Assembly (NCBI GenBank): GCA_963837155.1
Contig: CAWIMB010000001.1
Coordinates: 92,183-156,182 of the forward strand
Length of the DNA stretch: 64,000 nt
From: an uncultured Actinomycetes bacterium
GTDB lineage: Bacteria; Actinomycetota; Acidimicrobiia; IMCC26256; PALSA-610
Direction: 5' to 3'
Positions 57,753-64,000 of this stretch are shown here, in pieces (the first letter of the stretch is position 1; each line of letters begins with the position of its first letter). The notes below the pieces were generated by a model that searched no databases, was not told the origin of the DNA, and worked only from the letters and a program-made list of their open reading frames with translations. The translations under genes were made by a program, and so were the position numbers.

Positions 57753-60245
57753 TCAGAGGTCGAGGCCGACATCGAGGCCGTCGTCGACGGTGCGCGACGC
57801 CTCACGTTGTCGGGCACGGGGTTCGATCGCCGTGATGGCGAGATCGTGTCCGCGCGACCGCTCGAGCGCCTGAAGGACGACGCTGAAGCCGTCGAGCGAC
57901 TCGTCGTCGACATGGGCTTCGAGATCAGGTTCGGGTGCGGCGGTGTAGAGGTGGTTTTCGTGGCGGCCGCGGGTGAGCGCGCTGTAGCCGGCTTCTCGGT
58001 AGAGCTCTTCGCCGCCGAGCACGAGCGCGATATCGCATGTTTGGCCTTGGGCCTTGTGCACCGTGATCGGCGTAGGCGTGATCGAGGCCGCCGTCGTCGA
58101 GATAGCTGCTCGGGATCGCCATCGTGACGTTGTCGTCGAAGGCGACGGTGATCGAGTGGCGCCGAGGATCGATGGACGTGATCGTGCCGCGTTGGCCGTT
58201 GAGGACGCCGAGCCGATAGTCGTTGGTGTAGCGTCATGACCCAGTCGCCGACGGCGAACGCACGACCGGCCGCATGCACGCTGTCGGGGCCGAGGGCGCC
58301 TTCGGCTCGGAGCGCGGCGCGTGCTTGTTGGTTGAGGTCGGTGACGTCGTCGCGGATGGAGGGCGAGCATGAGGGCGTTGCTGCCGTCGAGGACTTGGTC
58401 GAGCCAGTGATCGACCATCTGCGCGCGGGCCTCAGCTTTGGTGGCGTGGTCATGGACGCGGCCGTGGCCGGCGAGGATCCCGAGCGCGCGGGCGGTTTCG
58501 CCATCGCGGAACTCGGCGAGCGCGCCTGCGTTCGATCGGGTCGGTTTGTCGTCGGTTCTCGCGGAGGTGAATCGCGCCGGAGTAGTCGTGCGAGGGCAGC
58601 GAAGATGCCGCCGGCCTCGATGGCAGGGAGTTGGTGATGGTCGCCGACGAGCACGATCTTGGTATGCGACTCGCCCGCGTAGGAAACGCAAGCAGGACAG
58701 TTTGCGGGTGCCGACCATCGCCGCCTCGTCAATCACGAGCACGGAGTCTCTTGGCAGGCCCACGACCCCCGGGCGGCCGAGCGCGGCGAGGAGCCGTTCG
58801 ATGCTGCATGACGGGATCCCCGTGGCAGCTTGGAGATGTGCGGCAGTGCGCGCCGCGAGCGCACACCCGAGGACCTGGTAGCAGTCGCGTTCCCACACCT
58901 CGCGGGCGGCCCGCAGCGCGTGGGTCTTGCCGGAGCCGGCGGCGCCGACCACGGTCGTCACTCCCGCGCCGTTGGTCGTCAGCGCGACGACCATCTGGTG
59001 CTGTTCCTTGCTCACCGACGCGTATGCGGTCGGTTCAACGCCGGCACAGACGGCGTAGCCGCCGTGGCGTCGTTCAGCGACGGTGTCGAGGAGGCGTTGT
59101 TCGGTTTCGAGGAGTTCGACGGTCGCGTATTGCACGCCGGTGAGCGCGACGCCGACCGGTTCGACGCGGGAGCTGGCGAGGAACTCGTCGGCGCGGACTT
59201 CGAGGTCGGGCATGGTCGCGCCGTGTTGGGAGTGATGCGCCAATAGCTGTAACACCGCGCGGCGGTCGAAGGTCGTGTCGTTCCAGTTCAACATCCGTCC
59301 CAGGTGTTCGTCGTCGACCGCCGTCGACTCCGGTACAGACGTCTGTTGAGACCGCACGAGGCTCTGGACACGATCGCGATTCAGGCCGTATAGGTCTGCG
59401 CGCTGGCGCCACTCCGCCGCGAGCTGGGCAAAATCAACGTCGTGGTCCTTGGTAGTGCGTGTCTGGTCCGCCAGCCGTCGTCGGGCCGGCACCGACGAGT
59501 CACCCAAAGCCGCGGCGGCTTCTTCGATCTTGATCCGGCGGCGGCTGAACTCGCGCAACACGTCGCGCGGGATGCCGACGAGCTCGGCGGAACCCTTGAT
59601 CGGATACTCCCATCCGACGCCGAGCGATCGAGTGAGAGCCAAGCGGAGCTCAGCCTGGTACAGGTAGCCGGCCGTGCGGGCTTGTGCGTACAGGTGCCGG
59701 CCGTCCAAGGACCGCCACACGCCGTCCTCACAGCACGTCGCGTTGGCGACCACGACGTGGGTGTGTAGCTGCGGATCACCGGCCCTGCTGGTCCGGTGGC
59801 GGAACGCGGCGCCGATTACGCCACCACCTTCAACGGCCTCGATGCCGTTGTGACCTCGCCGCGATCGCACGCCCTCGCGCTCGAGGTACCCGATCGTCTG
59901 ATCAACGGCGTGCTCGTGCGCTTCCACCACCGCCGCGGCGGTGTCGGTATCACCGAGCGCCCACAACAGCGAAACGGATTTCGGCGCCGACAACGTGAGG
60001 TCGAACGCGTGCAGCGACGCGTTCCTCCGACGCAGAGCCTCTCCAGTGGACGGATCGACACCTGACAGCACTGCACGGAAGTCGTCCTCGTGGACTTCGC
60101 CAACCAGCTGGAGTTGAGCGGCACAAGTTCCCAGCCATCGGCCCGGCACTTCGCCGGCTTCGGTGTAGTACTCGTCGATGGTGTGGGCGACCGCGGCGAG
60201 GTAGTAGCCCTCCTGGCCGGCGCGCAGCTTTCCTATCGACATCAT
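57753..60245 (-). pseudogene. MobF/TrwC-type relaxase fused to RecD-like helicase; about 6 frame changes confined to 58050-58750
   Basis: The N-terminus is intact (MMSIGKLRAGQEGYYL...FRHRTSRAGDPQLHTHVVVAN; Walker A GAAGSGKTH). The helicase part must be read by hopping between ORFs 57753, 57668 and 57925. Segments include IVLVGDHHQLPAIEAGG, RDDVTDLNQQARAAL, RYTNDYRLGVLNGQRGTI and ITVHKAQGQTCD. Confidence 0.8.
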
Positions 60246-60449
60246 CACAGGGGAATAGCGACGCGCAGGGCCTAAACGCGACACGCCCGCATCAAGATGC
60301 AACATGTGCGAGTGGTTTTGTCAAAGGGGAGTTGCGCGAAGAAGTTGAAGTTGTTGGTCGTGTGAGGCAGGTAGAGCGCGCTATTTGTAATTGTGAAGGA
60401 GAGGAAGCGAGAGAAGGCAGGAGCGGAGAAGGGTGCACGAGTGGGAGCG

Positions 60450-60707
60450 ATGGTGCACGATCGCGAAGCGTTGCTGTTGGCCGTGACCGCTGCCGCGCGC
60501 GTGTTGTCGATCGGACGGACGACGATGTACGAGCTCTTCGCCGCCGACGAGATCGAGGTCTTGCACATCGGCCGGGCGGCTCGGGTGCCGGTGGCCTCGA
60601 TCGAGGCGTTCGTCGAGCGTCGGCGCAGGCAACGGGCTACCGTGCGGCCGACAACAAGTGCGGCCCGGGCCAAGCACCAACTTGACCCGGGCCAGCCGAC
60701 CACCTGA
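60450..60707 (+). CDS. Excisionase-family helix-turn-helix DNA-binding protein
   Basis: ATG 60450 within ORF 60393..60707: LLAVTAAARVLSIGRTTMYELFAADEIEVLHIGRAARVPVASIEAFV. Confidence 0.7.
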   Translation: MVHDREALLLAVTAAARVLSIGRTTMYELFAADEIEVLHIGRAARVPVASIEAFVERRRRQRATVRPTTSAARAKHQLDPGQPTT

Positions 60708-60728
60708 CGTAACCAGGAGGCCGACATC

Positions 60729-61845
60729 ATGAGCGTGCAGCGACGCGCTACATCACGCGGCACCCGCTACGACGTTCGATTGCGCTCGCCTGACGGCCGC
60801 AGCTACAAGCGCACGTTCCGTTCGCGACGCGAGGCCGAAGCCTTCGAAGCACGCGAGCTCGCTGACCGCAGCCGCGGCGCGTGGATCGATCCGAGGCGAT
60901 CCGCAATGACCTTCGAGGAGTGGGCAAAGCGGTGGCGCGAAAGCGCGAGCGGCCAGCGTCCGAAGACACTCGTGCGCGCTGACGACGCGATCCGCCTCCA
61001 CCTGGTGCCGGCCTTCGGCGCGCGTCCGCTCGGAACGCTCACTCCGCTCGACGTACAGACGCTCGTCAACAATCTTGCGCAGCGGTTCGCGCCCACGACG
61101 ACCCGGACGTACTACGCCGTGTTGCGCCGCGATCCTCAACGCGGCTCTGAACGCAGACCTCATCGCGCGCTCGCCATGCCGCGGGATCAAGCTGCCGCGC
61201 GTGACGCCGAAGGCGCGGGTCATCGTCGGGCCCGAGGAGGTACACCGCCTCGCCGCCGCGATCGCGCCCGAATATCGCGTGATGATCTTCGTCGCCGCCG
61301 AGCTGGGCTTCCGGTGGGGCGAATGCGCCGGTCTGCAGGTCCGCGACATCGACGCCCTTCGCCGTACCCTCACCGTCCGGCTCAACGTCGGCGAGGTCCG
61401 TGGTGCACTCGAGATCGGCGAGCCCAAGACGAACGCGGGGCGCCGCACCGTCGCCGCGTCGGCTCAACTCATGGCCGCGCTCGCCGAACATCTGCGCTGT
61501 CGCGGTCTGACCGGACAGAACGGCGGCGCATGGGTCTTCGCAGCGCCCGAGGGCGGGCCACTGCTGTACTCGCACTTCCGCCAACGCGTGTGGCTGACTG
61601 CGGTGCGCACGGCCGGACTGGAAGACCTCACGTTCCACGGCCTCCGGCACGCCGCTGCGACCTCGTGGGTGGCCGCAGGAATCGATCTGCGCACCGCGCA
61701 GCATCGACTCGGGCACGCGACCCCGAGACTCGTCCTGGAGCTGTACGCGCATGCAACAACGGAAGCGGATCGCGCCGCGGCCGACCTCATGGGCGCTCGC
61801 TTGTTCGGCGATTCCGACACGCGCGACGCGCGTCGCGCGCCATAG
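60729..61845 (+). CDS. int: Tyrosine recombinase/integrase; apparent 1-nt frameshift near 61128
   Basis: The N-terminal SAM-like part is in ORF 60729 (...TTRTYYAVLR). The catalytic part is in ORF 61075..61845 (AILNAALNADLI...GFRWGECAGL...HGLRHAAATSW...LGHATPRLVLELYAH). Length is 1117 nt (3n+1). Confidence 0.85.
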
Positions 61846-61916
61846 ACGCGCCATGGAATCTCTCGGCCGACGTCGACATCGCGTGTCGCGGTGCGGTTGA
61901 CCTGCGGCTTTCAGAG

Positions 61917-61989
61917 AGCCGGAGAGGGGACTCGAACCCCTGGCCTGCTCATTACGAGTGAGCTGCTCTACCGACTGAGCTACCCCGGC
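61917..61989 (-). tRNA. tRNA-Thr (anticodon CGU)
   Basis: Minus strand reads GCCGGGGTAGCTCAGTCGGTAGAGCAGCTCACTCGTAATGAGC...GGTTCGAGTCCCCTCTCCGGCT. The anticodon loop is CTCGTAA. The acceptor has one G-U pair. Confidence 0.9.
61919..61958. repeat. att repeat, right copy (inside intact tRNA-Thr)
   Basis: Identical 40-mer to 54085..54124. Confidence 0.95.
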
Positions 61990-61999
61990 GGGAAGTCGG

Positions 62000-63961
62000 T
62001 CAGTGTAGTCGCCAGAACGTCGTCCTTAGCCGAACTGGAGCAGACGGTCGGTCGCGCGGCGCGCGTGCCTCGCGTCGCCGTTCAAACGTGGCGCCGATCC
62101 ACATCAGCAGAACGCCGATCGCCGCGAGTGGTACCCACTCCGGAAGTCGGGCCGCAGCCGGTCCGAACGTGTCGATCGCGAGCACGAGCAGCGCCGCCGC
62201 ACCAATCGCGAGTGGTGCCTGGAGCCGCTTCCACGCACCAAAGAGCACGACGGCGAACGCGATAACTGCGCAGGCAACCGTACGGACGATGTCGTCGTTC
62301 GCGACGCCGATCGCGAGTGTCGGACCGAGCGCGATCACAAGCGCGGGTCCCAACGTGAGCCACGAACGCGCGGGGACCGGCGCGCCACCCGACGAGGCCG
62401 GCCACAAGTGCGAACAAGGCGGCGGGCACGGTGTACGCCTCGACGACGGTGACGTCTGCGGCCGCGAGCCACGCCCACGTGGCTGCGAGGGAAGCGGCGG
62501 CCGCGGCCCAACCGTAGATCGCGGCCCGCTCACGTCGCAGCGCACCGACAACCAAAAGCGGCACGAGCGCAGTGAGCGCGCCTGCGAGCCAAGACAATGA
62601 CGAGGCCGCGAGGATGAGCCCCGCGGCACACGCGACCGCTCCACTGATCTCGAGGGCGATCCCTTCGGCGGCTCGTGAGCGCGCGTGTGCGCCGAAGAGC
62701 AGGACAGCGCTCGCCGCGATGACGACCGCGAACCCGGCCGGCGCCGGCCCGACGTCGAATGCGGCCGTCCAGACGCCGGCCAACGCGATCGGTCGAGCGC
62801 GCCCGCACCAACGGCGAGCGCGACCCGCATGACATCGGACAACGCAAGCATCGCGGCGATCACCGCGACGACGGCGACGACGAACAGCACGGTGATCGAC
62901 GCATCACGCGTGACCGCGGCCCATCCCGCGGCGGGGGCTGCGACGAGCAGCACCGTCGGCAGCACGCCGATGGCCAGACGCGGCCGCGACCGGTCGAGCG
63001 CGGCCGCGGCGACCAGCACCACGCATGTGGTCGCAGTTGCGATGATCAACGTCACGAGCGCGGACGCACCGGCGACGACCGGCGTGAGCCCAATGCCGAG
63101 CACCGCGAGCGCGACCGCGATGCTGATGCCCCGACGCGTCTTCGCGGCGATCAACACGAGCGCGATCGCGGACGCCGCGAGCGTCCACACCGCGGGCCAA
63201 CCGGCGTCGAACTCAGTTTGGGTGCGAGCCCCGCCGTAGGCGATGCGAGCGGCAACGTCGAGCGAACCGCTCCATGCGTCACGGAACCAACCCAGCGGTC
63301 CGAGCGCCGCGACCAGGCCGAAGACCATCGCGAATGCCAGGCCGGGCAGTGCGTACGCCGCCGAGGTCACGTACGCGGGCTTGTGCCAGCGGGTGGGCGC
63401 GAGGTGTGCGGCGAGCACGGCCACGACACAACCCACGAACGTTGCCCACGCGACAAGACCCTGCGGACCGAACGAGGTCGCGACAACGGTGACCAGCGCA
63501 CCGATCGGCACGCCGACGATGACCGCCACGAGCATTTCACCGAAGTCTCGCGAGAGCCGGCGATGCAGCGCCGCGACCGGTGCGAGTGCGAGCGTGCACA
63601 CGACCGCCGCCGGGCACAGCGCCTGGGCGAACGTGTGCGTCGTTGCCGCGGCGACGGCGGCGAACCCAGCTGCGAGAACCCACGTCACCAGCGCGTGCAG
63701 TTCGAGGACACGGCGGACGGCGGGCTCGGCGTCGGCCGCAATGAAGCGCCACGCGAGCACAACGCTCGCAGAGATCAGCGCGAGTGCGAGGCTGGCGCTC
63801 CATGGCGCGCCTGCGAAGCTCGCGACGAACAGCTCCGCTGACAACGGCACGAGTACGGCGACGGCAACACGACTCGTGCGCGAGCCGACCGCCGTGCCGA
63901 GCAACGACGCGAAGGCTGCAGCAACGAGCGAGCCGATCGCCCAAACCGCGGTGCCGGACAT
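62000..63961 (-). CDS. Large polytopic membrane protein (paralogue of 43369..45764); internal segment out of frame
   Basis: ORF 62000..63961 is hydrophobic at both ends. Around 62380-62790 it reads Arg/Ser/Pro-rich nonsense, while ORF 62082..62783 in another frame reads TM-like sequence. The C-terminus is LPEWVPLAAIGVLLMWIGATFERRR. The N-terminus may lie beyond the window. Confidence 0.6.
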   Translation of the reverse strand: MSGTAVWAIGSLVAAAFASLLGTAVGSRTSRVAVAVLVPLSAELFVASFAGAPWSASLALALISASVVLAWRFIAADAEPAVRRVLELHALVTWVLAAGFAAVAAATTHTFAQALCPAAVVCTLALAPVAALHRRLSRDFGEMLVAVIVGVPIGALVTVVATSFGPQGLVAWATFVGCVVAVLAAHLAPTRWHKPAYVTSAAYALPGLAFAMVFGLVAALGPLGWFRDAWSGSLDVAARIAYGGARTQTEFDAGWPAVWTLAASAIALVLIAAKTRRGISIAVALAVLGIGLTPVVAGASALVTLIIATATTCVVLVAAAALDRSRPRLAIGVLPTVLLVAAPAAGWAAVTRDASITVLFVVAVVAVIAAMLALSDVMRVALAVGAGALDRSRWPASGRPHSTSGRRRPGSRSSSRRALSCSSAHTRAHEPPKGSPSRSVERSRVPRGSSSRPRHCLGSQARSLRSCRFWLSVRCDVSGPRSTVGPRPPLPSQPRGRGSRPQTSPSSRRTPCPPPCSHLWPASSGGAPVPARSWLTLGPALVIALGPTLAIGVANDDIVRTVACAVIAFAVVLFGAWKRLQAPLAIGAAALLVLAIDTFGPAAARLPEWVPLAAIGVLLMWIGATFERRREARAPRDRPSAPVRLRTTFWRLH

Positions 63962-64000
63962 CCCCTCGCCCAGGCCCGCACGGTGCAGCGCATGCCAGTC

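Larger units (their letters stand above)
54085..61958. mobile_element. Integrative mobilizable element in tRNA-Thr(CGU) (int, xis-like, MobF relaxase, cargo)
   Basis: Perfect 40-bp direct repeats lie at both ends. Integrase and excisionase-like genes abut the intact tRNA. A relaxase-helicase is present. Patches of lower GC occur (e.g. 55020-55120, 60300-60420). Confidence 0.85.

Overview
This is a 64-kb window of a high-GC (roughly 68-70 % by eye) Gram-positive, actinobacterial-type chromosome. It has four parts.

(1) 1-41 kb is conserved core genome, mostly on the minus strand. One block runs clpC, radA, disA, a yacL-like PIN/TRAM gene, ispD, ispF, cysS, rlmB. A second is a cofactor supercluster: tilS-hpt-folE-folP-(phosphatase-like)-[pyk, opposite strand]-folB-folK-DUF2520-panC-panD-nadB-nadC-coaX-lysS. 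After it come sigH-rsrA, a septum-formation-domain protein and a NarL-type two-component system.

(2) 42.0-46.9 kb holds three consecutive genes (acyltransferase-3, a very large polytopic membrane protein, a family III CoA-transferase). All three are broken by many frame changes.

(3) 47-54 kb holds accessory envelope genes: an LPXTG surface protein with PPTT(V/A/I) repeats, an ECF sigma/anti-sigma pair, a GNAT-like gene, a phasin-like gene, a cupredoxin/beta-helix lipoprotein, a GH43-like lipoprotein and a DinB-family gene.

(4) 54,085-61,958 is a ~7.9-kb integrative mobilizable element inserted in tRNA-Thr(CGU). It is bounded by a perfect 40-bp direct repeat. It carries integrase, excisionase-like HTH, a MobF/TrwC relaxase, a Kelch lipoprotein, hicAB and a DUF433/DUF5615 toxin-antitoxin pair. 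A second large polytopic membrane protein follows to the window edge.

Single apparent 1-nt frameshifts also interrupt several housekeeping genes (clpC, nadB and others). Sequence or assembly indel error must therefore be considered before calling any gene here a pseudogene.

I do not see a clear-cut novel multi-gene system. The most interesting leads are:
- the phosphatase-fold protein with a Cys-to-His active-site change, translationally coupled inside the folate operon;
- the locally extreme frameshift density at 42-47 kb;
- the internal architecture of the tRNA-Thr element.

Every product call is based on motifs read from the ORF-track translations. No database search was run.
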